Part shown: piece after piece, positions 9,709-19,900 of the stretch
Layout: every line of letters begins with the position of its first letter
Numbering within the stretch: position 1 is the stretch's first letter
Virus record (IMG/VR): IMGVR_UViG_2162886007_000107
Location: 1-64,000 of that record
Length of the DNA stretch: 64,000 bases
Direction: 5' to 3' (one strand)
Notes under the pieces: generated by a model
Database searches by the model: none
The model's input: only the letters and a program-made list of their open reading frames with translations
What the model was told of the DNA's origin: nothing
Position numbers and translations under genes: made by a program

Positions 9709-10381
9709 CAGAAAGGCCTTTGAAGCTTACGTGTTAGAGTTCATGGGAGCTTTAACCGAGGGTGGAGGCAACAAGATTATTTACGAACGTCTCTTTGCTA
9801 AGCTTAATGATAAGCAGATTGAAGAGATGGTCGTACGTATTGAGCAAGGTAGTCCGTTGAGTGTCTGGGTAAGTAACTGGAACAAGAAAGAGATGATCCA
9901 GTTCTCCAACATTCAGAAACTTGCCAAGAAGTACGGTATTCTGCTGGAGCAACGAATCATTGTTAAGGATCCTGAAACTGGGATTACTTCAATGTCTCCG
10001 TACAAAGCAACTGTTGGGACCATCCCGGTTCGTAAGCAACGGCAGATGCAGGTTACCAAGTTCTCTTATGCAATGCACGATTACGATATCGATGACTTGA
10101 CCGGTCAGGTAACTGGTGACAGTCGTAGTACCGGTATCAGTCAGCCTGAAATTACTGTACTACGAAACATGGGTCTGGAAACAATGGCCAATGAACTGTA
10201 CAACGTTAAGGGTGGTGATCTGGACGCATTGAAGGCTTACAAGAACAGCCTTATTACCACAGGTAGTGCAAACGTTAACGCAGCTCTGCGTAGCGGGACT
10301 ATTGCCAAGGTACTGAGCAGTGTTCACTTCCTGTTCCGTGGTCGTCATATCGACACGAACTTCAACAAGCGTTACGGGTAA
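9698..10381 (+). CDS. Virion RNA polymerase beta-like subunit, C-terminal piece (phiKZ gp149-like)
   Basis: DDLTGQVTGDSRSTGISQPEITVL resembles the RpoB C-terminal LTQQP..GQRFGEME region; synteny with UvsX. Confidence 0.7.
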   Translation: MAGNRKAFEAYVLEFMGALTEGGGNKIIYERLFAKLNDKQIEEMVVRIEQGSPLSVWVSNWNKKEMIQFSNIQKLAKKYGILLEQRIIVKDPETGITSMSPYKATVGTIPVRKQRQMQVTKFSYAMHDYDIDDLTGQVTGDSRSTGISQPEITVLRNMGLETMANELYNVKGGDLDALKAYKNSLITTGSANVNAALRSGTIAKVLSSVHFLFRGRHIDTNFNKRYG

Positions 10382-10387
10382 ACCTGA

Positions 10388-10936
10388 ATGGATACTTCTT
10401 CTCCTGTCGTTATACCGGAACTACCACCAGTTCCGGTTACTCCTGCTGAAGGTCTCTCTCTTCTGCGGGACCTGGTAATCAGCTTATGGGTCGAATGGGG
10501 AGCTGATCCAGAAGATTACGTTGTCCAATTCATGTCAATCCTTTCCGATGTGGTCAAGAAGCCTTTGTTGAAGTTTGACGAAGGGGCCGGTGAATTTGTT
10601 AAGCAACTTAACGCTCATATAAACACCAACTGGATGCACGACTACTGGCGTATTTTCCAGCTGACATTCTTCACCGAACTAGGGAATGATCGCGAGCGCA
10701 TTCTGGATGAATTTGTTCGCATGGTTAACCGTGTGATGAGCGAGGCCACTGATGATGACAAACTCATCATTAAAGCCATCCAACCTTCACCAGGTAATGT
10801 TCCTGGAGTTGCTCCTGAATGGTTGAAAGGTGTTCGTACTAATCTGGGTCAGTTGGTTCTCCTAGCTGTCAAGATTTACGTCCAGAGTGTTCGTGTTACT
10901 ACTATTCCTAATGAAGGCAAGGAAGGTAGTAAATGA
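10388..10936 (+). CDS. Hypothetical protein
   Basis: 182-aa ORF in a tightly packed operon. Confidence 0.75.
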   Translation: MDTSSPVVIPELPPVPVTPAEGLSLLRDLVISLWVEWGADPEDYVVQFMSILSDVVKKPLLKFDEGAGEFVKQLNAHINTNWMHDYWRIFQLTFFTELGNDRERILDEFVRMVNRVMSEATDDDKLIIKAIQPSPGNVPGVAPEWLKGVRTNLGQLVLLAVKIYVQSVRVTTIPNEGKEGSK

Positions 10937-11676
10937 ACAGGATAATCAACATCTATGCTGACGTGGAAGCTTTCTACGATTATCGTCGGGGATTGTTGCA
11001 GCACCTGATGACCAAGGGCAAGGAGTTCGAAACCCCTGAAGCTCGTAAGTACGAGGCAGACAGGCTCTGGGAACTGCACGTTGCGGATAACTACCGTAAG
11101 CGTCGTATGGACACGTTCAGTTATCCACAGTTCGACATTGATCGCGAGAAGTTCGACGAGATCTACAAGCAACGCAGTGTTGAGCATTGGGCTTCCGGGA
11201 TGTATTACCCAACTCCTTTGATCAAGAACCTGTTGGCTAAGGTTATTGACATGGAAGGTTTGGATGACAAGCCTATCGATATCAAAGAAGTTAAGCTCTA
11301 CGTTAATACCTACCCTTATGACTTCGGTCAAGAACTCACAGAGCTGTTGGTAGAACAGATTCGTGTGGGTATGCGGGGAATGGTTACTGTCTCGGCGATT
11401 CATGCTCCCCATGCTTTATTGGATGCAAAGTTCTACGGGCAATATCGTTATGTGTTCCGTTATGCGTTTATGCTGGATGCGGAAAGCACCCTCTTCATGG
11501 AAACGATGAAAGAGCACCCAAATCCAGAAACCACTTACATCATTCCAGATATCATTTCGCGTGATACCGACTTGTTCACTGGTCCGGTGAAAGATTGGAT
11601 GTTCGGTACCTTGGTTCCGTTGTCGCCTACTGGGCGTTTCATTCCAATCGAACGCATTCTCTACGATTACGCCTAA
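10933..11676 (+). CDS. Conserved hypothetical protein (weak HAD-like N-terminus)
   Basis: ATGA overlap with the upstream gene; IYADVEAFYD. Confidence 0.7.
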   Translation: MNRIINIYADVEAFYDYRRGLLQHLMTKGKEFETPEARKYEADRLWELHVADNYRKRRMDTFSYPQFDIDREKFDEIYKQRSVEHWASGMYYPTPLIKNLLAKVIDMEGLDDKPIDIKEVKLYVNTYPYDFGQELTELLVEQIRVGMRGMVTVSAIHAPHALLDAKFYGQYRYVFRYAFMLDAESTLFMETMKEHPNPETTYIIPDIISRDTDLFTGPVKDWMFGTLVPLSPTGRFIPIERILYDYA

Positions 11677-11689
11677 GCAAACATATTCT

Positions 11690-11723
11690 TAATACCCTAC
11701 TGGCCTAGGCCAGTAGGGTATTA
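11690..11723. terminator. 34-bp perfect palindrome between convergent genes
   Basis: TAATACCCTACTGGCCT|AGGCCAGTAGGGTATTA. Confidence 0.75.
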
Positions 11724-11736
11724 GGGGAGACCATTA

Positions 11737-12273
11737 TTATTTTGCAACTTCACCATCAATATTCACCAGTTCGTTGCCCATTGTCAGTTCTTGTGCGAGG
11801 ATAGGTTTAACACCTACTTCGTCCGCGATTACCGACTTGTTTGGATCGAGCATAAAACTGGAAAGATCGAACACAGGCAAAGCAATAGCACCTTGTTTGA
11901 TCATGGACATTGCGTCGAGCATTTGTTTGAACGAGATAGCGTTATCCTGGTTCTCTTGTTTCTTCATCCGCTCTTTACGGTCATCACGGACTGCTTTCTC
12001 CATGTGGCCGAGAAGAGAAGTAATAACTTCCAGTTGAGAAGGGCTGGGACGTTCCATGTAAGCCTTCATTGCATATTCCAGGAGGAACTTGCGGTTCTTT
12101 TGAAGGGCTACCACGAAACCTACTTGTTCTTTATCCTCGTCGGTCGACTCCAACGTAGCGGCAAGAAGACTCAAAACCTCTTGAAGATTCTGGTCGTCTA
12201 TATTACGTTTGTGATCGACATCGGGGGTAGGCGAGTCTTGTACAACTTTAATCGTAGTAACTGGCTGTTCCAT
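11737..12273 (-). CDS. Hypothetical protein
   Basis: 178-aa helical ORF ending at the palindrome. Confidence 0.75.
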   Translation of the reverse strand: MEQPVTTIKVVQDSPTPDVDHKRNIDDQNLQEVLSLLAATLESTDEDKEQVGFVVALQKNRKFLLEYAMKAYMERPSPSQLEVITSLLGHMEKAVRDDRKERMKKQENQDNAISFKQMLDAMSMIKQGAIALPVFDLSSFMLDPNKSVIADEVGVKPILAQELTMGNELVNIDGEVAK

Positions 12274-12283
12274 AATTTTTTAA

Positions 12284-12295
12284 ACCTATATTACT
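12284..12295 (+). promoter_or_regulatory. phiKZ-type early promoter
   Basis: ACCTATATTACT; same motif at 35978, 40237 and 58199. Confidence 0.6.
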
Positions 12296-12325
12296 AGTGC
12301 AGATAAGTAAAACGGAATTCTAGAA

Positions 12326-12970
12326 ATGGCATTGGCAAATCTGGTATCTAACGCTTTCGTTAATGTCCCTTACTTTGGTAAGCGGATCAAAATCGCTAGA
12401 CTCAATAGCGTACTGTTGGAAATTGAACATATCAAGAAACAGTTCAACAAACCAATGGTTCGCTTCGATGACAATATACATGCCCTATACGATTGCTTAA
12501 AAGGGCTTGATTTAACGCTACAGGAGGATATCGGATGGTTCTTAGACCTAGACATTACCTGCTACTCAAAGACGTCTACAGAGGCTGTCACGTACCTTAA
12601 ACGGCACGTTGAAAATGCCTTTCCGAAGGAAGAACATTTCTTCAAAAACACTTCGGTCGGTAGTTTAGAAACAGGCTTCATGGACTGGTACAGCAACTAC
12701 GATACCGCTCAAGAGTTCGTTGACACATTCCTTTATGTCATCGATCTTTACTGTGCGGAAAATCCAAGGTCAAGTAAACGTCCGGTGTTTGATGCCGAAG
12801 AACAAGACGATGTATTCGGTACTGATGTTTATACCGATAGTCGTAAACGTGAACTCACTCAAAGCATGATTGAGTTTTTCATTAACCAGCCATTCAGGTT
12901 ATTGCTTGACGATTTCCTGGTATTGGTTGAAGTCGTAATCTATTCGCAACTGCGGAGGCTTAATGGCTAG
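12326..12970 (+). CDS. Hypothetical protein
   Basis: 214-aa ORF after the early promoter motif. Confidence 0.75.
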   Translation: MALANLVSNAFVNVPYFGKRIKIARLNSVLLEIEHIKKQFNKPMVRFDDNIHALYDCLKGLDLTLQEDIGWFLDLDITCYSKTSTEAVTYLKRHVENAFPKEEHFFKNTSVGSLETGFMDWYSNYDTAQEFVDTFLYVIDLYCAENPRSSKRPVFDAEEQDDVFGTDVYTDSRKRELTQSMIEFFINQPFRLLLDDFLVLVEVVIYSQLRRLNG

Positions 12971-13499
12971 CCAACTCGTACCTAAAAGAAGACCTAAGCC
13001 ATCTCATGTAAAGAATGCCATCGAATTCGCAACTGAGCCCCCGTCAAGAAACGAGGTTAGAAGAAAGCCCAAGAGCACTTTGCTTAAAAGCATTTCACCC
13101 AAGTTCGTTCCTGATTCAGATCTGGAAGACTGTCCAGCTCGTCTATTCAGGCGTATTCTGAACAAGCTAGAAATGAACCCGTTTAAATGGAACAGTTTTC
13201 TGTCCCGATATCTTGATTGGGTTGTTACTAACCCGGATGAAGATAAAGCAAGACTTGAGCGTCAAACTCGTATTGGTAACATCAAAGAAACTTATTTTCA
13301 TAAGCCCACTCTTACGTTCAACAAACTCCTGGAAGGTTTATCCATTCTGGAGATTGAAGAATGCACAATTGATCTAACCGTGAAGGACATCCACGGAAAC
13401 ATCATACGTGTTTCAGACGTCATCCACATGGTGACTAAGTCTCGTAAGGAACTCATCATCAAAGCTCTTGAAGCTGAAGATGAAGACGGGGCCGAGTAA
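12963..13499 (+). CDS. Hypothetical protein with basic N-terminus
   Basis: GGAGG RBS; overlaps the upstream gene. Confidence 0.75.
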   Translation: MASQLVPKRRPKPSHVKNAIEFATEPPSRNEVRRKPKSTLLKSISPKFVPDSDLEDCPARLFRRILNKLEMNPFKWNSFLSRYLDWVVTNPDEDKARLERQTRIGNIKETYFHKPTLTFNKLLEGLSILEIEECTIDLTVKDIHGNIIRVSDVIHMVTKSRKELIIKALEAEDEDGAE

Positions 13500-13566
13500 T
13501 ACTTAGGGGTAGGTCTTCCTACCCCTCCCTTTACCCTTTTTATTTTTTGTTTTTTGGGAGATCCAC

Positions 13567-14688
13567 ATGGATATCTTTGAGGGAGTAAACCTGGCTCCCA
13601 GCTTGGACTTATTCAAAAAGAATACCAACAACTCCATGCAGCGAGTAAAGGAAGACTCTCTTACTCCGGTGGACGTTACCACCAAGAACATGCAGAAGGG
13701 TACTGCTCTTAAGACTTCGAGGGATACCGGTCTTAAAGGCACTGTTACAAACTACCGCGACACTGTAGTTAACGCACTGGATGGCATCATTGGTGCAGTG
13801 TCGGGTGGCTTCCTGAACACCAAGGACATTACTCGTGCTATCAAGGTAGGACGAGACGGTGTAACCTTTGATGAGAACAACATCTTGCGAGCAGTGTCTA
13901 CGCAGATGGGTTATCCGGTTACCAGTGAATCTGGTGCTATGCGTCAAGTGGCCGGCGATATCTCCAAAGAGTTCAACCGTATTACTGGTTTGAATATTGG
14001 TCGTGTTCTTACTTCTGATGGTAAGTCGTTCAAGGTTAACAAGAACTGGCGTGGTCAAATGGGTGGTGAGGTATTCCGCCAGCTGACCAAGTTTGCTGGT
14101 ATGGATGATTTCCTGGACGTCAGTGTTAAGTCTTCTGTTTACAACAGCTTGTACTACAACTCTGCACGTTTTGGGATGAAGGATAGTTATCGCCGCATTT
14201 ACAACAGCTATCCTCTAGGCTTTGAAAGCATTCGTCGTGATGCCACGCTGGAAGCCCTCCAGTACATGATCACCAATGGTGACATCGACAGTATCGACGA
14301 GGTGTTGAAGATCCTGGACGAGGATGACGCAGGCTTACAGGCTAACCGCAAGATCATTGCAGCCAAGTTCCCTAACTTCATCGAGATTCTGTTCAGTAAC
14401 TTCCATTTCGACGATGACGTATTTCCTGAAGACTACCCACTTCTTCTTGTGAAACTTCTGAGTGTACTGGAACGAATCAAAGGAGATGACTGGTGGTTGA
14501 CTTACACCGAGTTTGGTATGGCTCACAACTTGTCGATCATGACTCACGTAAGTAAGGACATGCGTACTCTGCTGAGTGGTTATCCACCTCTGATTCCCTT
14601 ACTGTGTACTGTCGGTAAATACTCCGAAGAGAAAGCAACCAATATTCTCAAGCGTGACTTTAAAGGCGCTGCACAATTCCCGTATTGA
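13567..14688 (+). CDS. Putative virion structural protein
   Basis: 373-aa ORF with GGAG RBS, convergent with the tail genes. Confidence 0.6.
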   Translation: MDIFEGVNLAPSLDLFKKNTNNSMQRVKEDSLTPVDVTTKNMQKGTALKTSRDTGLKGTVTNYRDTVVNALDGIIGAVSGGFLNTKDITRAIKVGRDGVTFDENNILRAVSTQMGYPVTSESGAMRQVAGDISKEFNRITGLNIGRVLTSDGKSFKVNKNWRGQMGGEVFRQLTKFAGMDDFLDVSVKSSVYNSLYYNSARFGMKDSYRRIYNSYPLGFESIRRDATLEALQYMITNGDIDSIDEVLKILDEDDAGLQANRKIIAAKFPNFIEILFSNFHFDDDVFPEDYPLLLVKLLSVLERIKGDDWWLTYTEFGMAHNLSIMTHVSKDMRTLLSGYPPLIPLLCTVGKYSEEKATNILKRDFKGAAQFPY

Positions 14689-14696
14689 AATAGATA

Positions 14697-14734
14697 ACTA
14701 CTCCCCTAGCCCCGTTAAGGGCTAGGGGAGTAGT
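14697..14734. terminator. 16-bp perfect hairpin between convergent genes
   Basis: ACTACTCCCCTAGCCC-cgttaa-GGGCTAGGGGAGTAGT. Confidence 0.75.
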
Positions 14735-14745
14735 AGGACACTTTT

Positions 14746-16920
14746 TTATCGTGCCATTGGACGAGCGAAGAGTGTGGAGAAAGAACCAATGATGGAGTCA
14801 CTAACCTTACTGGCAATGTTGTCAGCACGGATACTGGTCTTCATTTCGTTTACCATGCCGGTGAGGCCACGGTTGATCCTCTGGTACTTGAGGATGGTAT
14901 CCAAGTAAGGCAGACCAGTTATACGACTGATGTAGTTGTTGTAAGCAGTGTCGTCAGTCAGGACCCGGCTAGCCAGACCGCTCAAGTTAGTTGCATCCAG
15001 AACACTGATGGAACGGTCGATTGGCACAGAGACCAGAGGTTCCAAGTCGTAGATCGAGAAGTCGATCTTCATAGTCAGTGGCTTACGGTCACGAGTCCAG
15101 CGGTCACCAACACCGAAGCTAATGGTGGCGTTGTCGATCATGCTTGTACGGCTAATCAAACGGCCCTGACTGAAAGCTCTGCACATGAAGGGGGAAGTGT
15201 ACGTACCAGCACCTGCCGAGAATGGGGCGACCATTGGCAGGAACAGCGCGAACGGAATCCAAATCTTCATGATCTGCTCATACGGGTGAGCATAGTTACA
15301 GTTGAAAAACATACTGAAACTTTCTTTGTGCAGGTTCGCAGTAGAACCATCCCAGTGATCGGGAATCTTCACGTAGGAGTTGTTAACCAACGCCAATGGA
15401 ATGTTACCAACTACTGTACCGGACAACATACCGGTGACACCTTCTTTCACCATGTTTACGACACCGTCAATGATGTCGATGCCAGTAGCGCCGTTAGCTA
15501 CGTCAAAACGGAAGTCGGTTGCAGCTTTAACCGCTGAGTTGAACTTACTGGCCATAGGTGATGCAGCGTGGCTGTTGTTGAAGGAGTCGCTGGTAGGACC
15601 AGTAGCGCCATCCACTTTCCAGGTAATCGCATCCATACCGCCATATGCAGCAGAACGCAGCAGGTCAAACACGTCGCCAGCCCAAGTACGTTTGTCTGGG
15701 TTGTCTTCGTAGTTAATCTGCTGCCCACCAGCAATGTTTGGATTATTGGTGAGGTTAGGAGAAGTAGCTGGACTAGGACGACCAGAAGGTTCGTTTGGGT
15801 TACCAGAACCATAAGAGCCATTGGTCATGGATTCGTTGAGAATCTGATCAAAGGATCTGTTTACAGTTCCATCCGCACCAGCCGATTGAGCAGAACCAAT
15901 TTGGTTAATCCCGCTTTCAGCATTGTTCACGTTTTGGTAAGCAGCTTTGTCGGTATAAGCAGAGTCTTGCTCTACATAGTTCGCTTCACCGTCACGATAG
16001 CGACCAACAGTACCCATTTCTTGTTCAATGAAATTCTGACTAGGTTCACCTACCCAAGTCGATTCATCGAACTCTACTTCCTGAAGAATCTGACGAGAAC
16101 GACTGATCTTCTCTTCAACAGTAGTAAGTGCTTCGTTATCCAGTTTTGCCAACTCATGCAACATCACGCGGTGCTTACGAGTACCTTTCATGATGAGGCG
16201 CATCAAGTCAATCGTCCCGTCTTCGTTCACCGAATCAGGAATAAGCAGGCGAAGGTCGGCCACTGCCTTGGTGTTATCGTAGTCAGGCTTCAGACCATAC
16301 AGCGGGTCGTGTTGCTCCTGGATACGTTTAGGCAGGATAGGGTCAATGTAACCCAGCTTCAACATGATGTCGTTGAGTACACCAGTTGACGCCATGGTGT
16401 ACGCGCCCATTGCCGGCTTAACAGACCAGAACGTATTCTTGGGGTTATCCAAAAGGAAGTTCAGGAACTGTACCGAAGCAGAAAGCATTTGCATACCAAC
16501 AAACGCAATCGAGGTAATCGCTTGACCCATGTAGAACGCAAAGCCTGGAGCGCGACCTTTGTTAGCAATGATCGCAGCACTAGGGCTAAACATACTGGAG
16601 ATGTATTGAAGTAACCCCGCAAACTGAGGAACACCAGGAGTGATCGTCAGCAGTGTGGCGTTGTCATCAATAGTGCGTTTGTAGTTCGGACCCATCCCGC
16701 CTTCACGAGTCTGCATGAAACGGCCGTAACGGGGATCGGTATAAGGACTGCTCTGCGGCACTGGGTTAACGTAGCGGTTGTCACCAGTGGCCGAACTGAA
16801 TACGTTGAAGTAGGTGTCCCAGTTCATCTGGTCCATCACTTCTGCCGGGTCTACACCACGGCTAAGAAGACGGAATGACTTCGAGATGATATCCCGGTCA
16901 CGAGTCGATACACTAGCCAT
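14746..16920 (-). CDS. Virion tail/baseplate structural protein (phiKZ gp182-like)
   Basis: 724 aa, immediately downstream of the tape-measure/lysin gene. Confidence 0.65.
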   Translation of the reverse strand: MASVSTRDRDIISKSFRLLSRGVDPAEVMDQMNWDTYFNVFSSATGDNRYVNPVPQSSPYTDPRYGRFMQTREGGMGPNYKRTIDDNATLLTITPGVPQFAGLLQYISSMFSPSAAIIANKGRAPGFAFYMGQAITSIAFVGMQMLSASVQFLNFLLDNPKNTFWSVKPAMGAYTMASTGVLNDIMLKLGYIDPILPKRIQEQHDPLYGLKPDYDNTKAVADLRLLIPDSVNEDGTIDLMRLIMKGTRKHRVMLHELAKLDNEALTTVEEKISRSRQILQEVEFDESTWVGEPSQNFIEQEMGTVGRYRDGEANYVEQDSAYTDKAAYQNVNNAESGINQIGSAQSAGADGTVNRSFDQILNESMTNGSYGSGNPNEPSGRPSPATSPNLTNNPNIAGGQQINYEDNPDKRTWAGDVFDLLRSAAYGGMDAITWKVDGATGPTSDSFNNSHAASPMASKFNSAVKAATDFRFDVANGATGIDIIDGVVNMVKEGVTGMLSGTVVGNIPLALVNNSYVKIPDHWDGSTANLHKESFSMFFNCNYAHPYEQIMKIWIPFALFLPMVAPFSAGAGTYTSPFMCRAFSQGRLISRTSMIDNATISFGVGDRWTRDRKPLTMKIDFSIYDLEPLVSVPIDRSISVLDATNLSGLASRVLTDDTAYNNYISRITGLPYLDTILKYQRINRGLTGMVNEMKTSIRADNIASKVSDSIIGSFSTLFARPMAR

Positions 16921-16986
16921 ATGAAATCATCCAAAAAGAAAGAGGTGAGAGTAGAGACCCGAAGGCCCCTACCCTCTCCTAAGATG

Positions 16987-19900
16987 TTACCGAACAGGGA
17001 CAGCTTTTGGAGCGGTCGTACTCTTCTTGTTAAGTTCTTCCAACTGAGCAACCTGCTGAGCAGCGATCTGGGCTTGAGTACCACCCGTCTCTCTGATCGC
17101 ATTAACAATTTTCTCAGCCAAGCCATCCAGGTCGATAAGAGGTCCCGGTGCAGCATTTGGGTTGGACCTAGTATCTACTGGTTGTGGTTTAGGCGTGAGT
17201 TTAGGATTGTCCTGGCCGATCTTTTGGAACGTGCCTGGATCAGTATCCATTTGAGGGTTGTTAGTTGAACCACCTTTACGATCAGGCAGAGGGACCGGAG
17301 TATAAGTCTTCTCTGGAGCATTAGCTTCCTCAGTACCACGAGGAACCGCTGCTTCTACTGGAACTTGCGGAGGAGCAGGAGGCTCAGGAGTGAGCTTCTG
17401 TTCTTGTTGTTGGACTGGACCACCACCAGTAGTAGTATCCTGACCATTTTCCGCATTACCACCTGCCGCTTGGTTGAACTTATTCGCAGCTTCTTCGTTT
17501 ACGAAACCGAAGTGGATGTGACCACCCGTTGCTCCAGCAGAAGCTCTCTTGTACTCGTTGAGCACCAGGAAGTCTTTAGGAGTCAAGCCTGCTTGTTGAG
17601 CCAGACCTTTCACGATAGCTACTGCGTAATCACTACTGGCTATTCCATTAGTCAGAGTGAAGTCAAGAGCAAGTCCTTTTGCGTGTTTGGAGTTAGGCTT
17701 CTTCTGCTTATGCCAAGCGTCGTTCAATGCAGTAAACTGTTTGAACGTCTTCACATTAGTCTGAATCAGCTGACACATACGTTTAATGCCAGAATGTACA
17801 TCACCCCCAGCCGTAGTCTCTGCACTCTTCAGACGCAGTCCGGAATTGTCACCAGTCCGGTTAAGAACCAATCCACCACCAGTAGTGTCGTAACCACCAG
17901 ATGGATCTCCACCACCAGTACCACCATTAGCTCCGCTAATAGCGCCACTACCATACCAACCACCAGGAGCGCTGTTATTAGGGGTACCGTATTGGCTACC
18001 ACCACCAGGCGCTGGAGAAAGAGGAGGCATAGATGGAGCACCTCCACCGTACATCCCAGCAGAACCACCGCCACCACTAGAAGTAGCGCTTGGTGAACCT
18101 ACTGAATCCTTGGATGCATCGACACCACTTTCTTCATCAGCTTTCAGAGTTCCTTTACTGAGCTGATCGAGATAGCTTAGGTACAGCTTGTAGCGATCCT
18201 GCATTCCTGGTAGTTCGTTACCTCCGTTCAGACCACGGGCAGAGTATCCAAAATCACCCTTATCGGTGATGGATTGTAACTGCTTCGAGTTCTTAAAGAA
18301 GTTAACTGCAACAGCAGCCATTACGTTAGGGTCTTCACCCAGTTTCTCTGGATTGTTAACCAGATCCACTCCGATCTCACGACCAGTCTTCTCGTAATTA
18401 GCCTTACCAGTCAGTTGGACAAAACCACGTCCACGATACAGGTAGCCATCCCCTGGAGCCAAGTTACCCAGGGACTTCCCTTTAGCACCGCCGTATACAG
18501 CGTTCCCAATTGCTACTTCCCCTCCTGCAACCAAAGCACGAGCCTGATCCAGACTAGTAACTTCCCTGAAGAGTTTCATCAACCGGGTAGGGTCGGTGTA
18601 TTTAAGGTTTTCGACTGTCTTGGAATAACCACCAGTTTCGTAGTTAGTGAGCGCAAGCATTTCTGCAATTGCTCGTGGGTCAGTAAAGCCTTGTTTCAGC
18701 ATCTCACGAATGATCAACTGTTCGGCCAACTTCCGCGGTACCTTAACGCCGGTATCCTTACCTTCGTTACGTTGGACATTCGACATATCCAAGTGACTGG
18801 TATCAGAATCCCCAGTCAATGCCTTGTAACCAAACTGGTTACTAGGAGTACCGTAAACCCCGTTCAAGGTGTACAGGTTACCTGTACCTGCACCTCTTGC
18901 TACGTTAGTTCCGTATTGACCGCCGGCAAGCATGTCTCTACGGCTCTTGTACTGGTCAGCTGTCTGGACGTTTGCGTAGTGAGGAGTATAACCACCACCA
19001 GTTTTGTGCGGGGAGATCGAGTCTGCCCAAGCCTTGGTATTGGTCTTCCCAGCTTCCTTCTCTGGATCTCTGAGTTTGGCTACAGTAGAAGCCTCACCCA
19101 GCATCTTCACCATACGGTCCACTTTATCTGGTTTACCCGGAGAGCTAGTCCCTTCAAAAGGAGAAGCCCGTACGTTCCAGATAGGAGTGATGATTGAATC
19201 GGTAATCTTCGCCTTGGTCTCTACCAGCCCCTTAGCGATCTCAAAGCGAGCAGTAGCGCTCAGGGACTTCCAGACAACACCTGGTTGACCTTTGCGATAG
19301 TTGTTCACCAAGAGCACGTAGTTACTCATTACAGGAGCGAACCTGTCACGGAACCAGCGGCACCATTCATCACCATCCCCGTCCTTCAGACGGAACGCAT
19401 CTTTAAAGAGGCCAAACAGATCGCCAATCTGTCCTTTGAAGACCACCTCTTTACCGTTGAACACAAACAACGACTCGCAGTAGCGTTCCAGTTTCAGAAC
19501 AGCTTCCACACGCCAATGCACATCATCTTCGTTACCATAGCAGGCCAAACGAATCGCCGTAAGGAGACTCACCGCACCTTCATCTGGTAACAGATCTTTG
19601 ATGTAAATGGCAGAGACTTGAGGACCAATTTTGAAGTTGGAATTAAGGTCTTTCAACCGACCATTAATATCATCCAACTCTACCTTGGCTTTGAACCTTT
19701 GGTCACCGGTCATCCCGGAGTCGTAAGGCTGAGCCAATTGTTTCTCAAGCACTTCTTTTCTGGCAGCGAGAGCCACGGCACCTTTCGGAAGATCAATGCC
19801 TTGTTTCTCAGAGTCAGGAGTCTTTTTGTCGATGAACTTCTTCAGTTCTTCCAGATAGTTGTTAACCCGAATGACCGTGTCTTTCTGAGCAAGGATCGGA

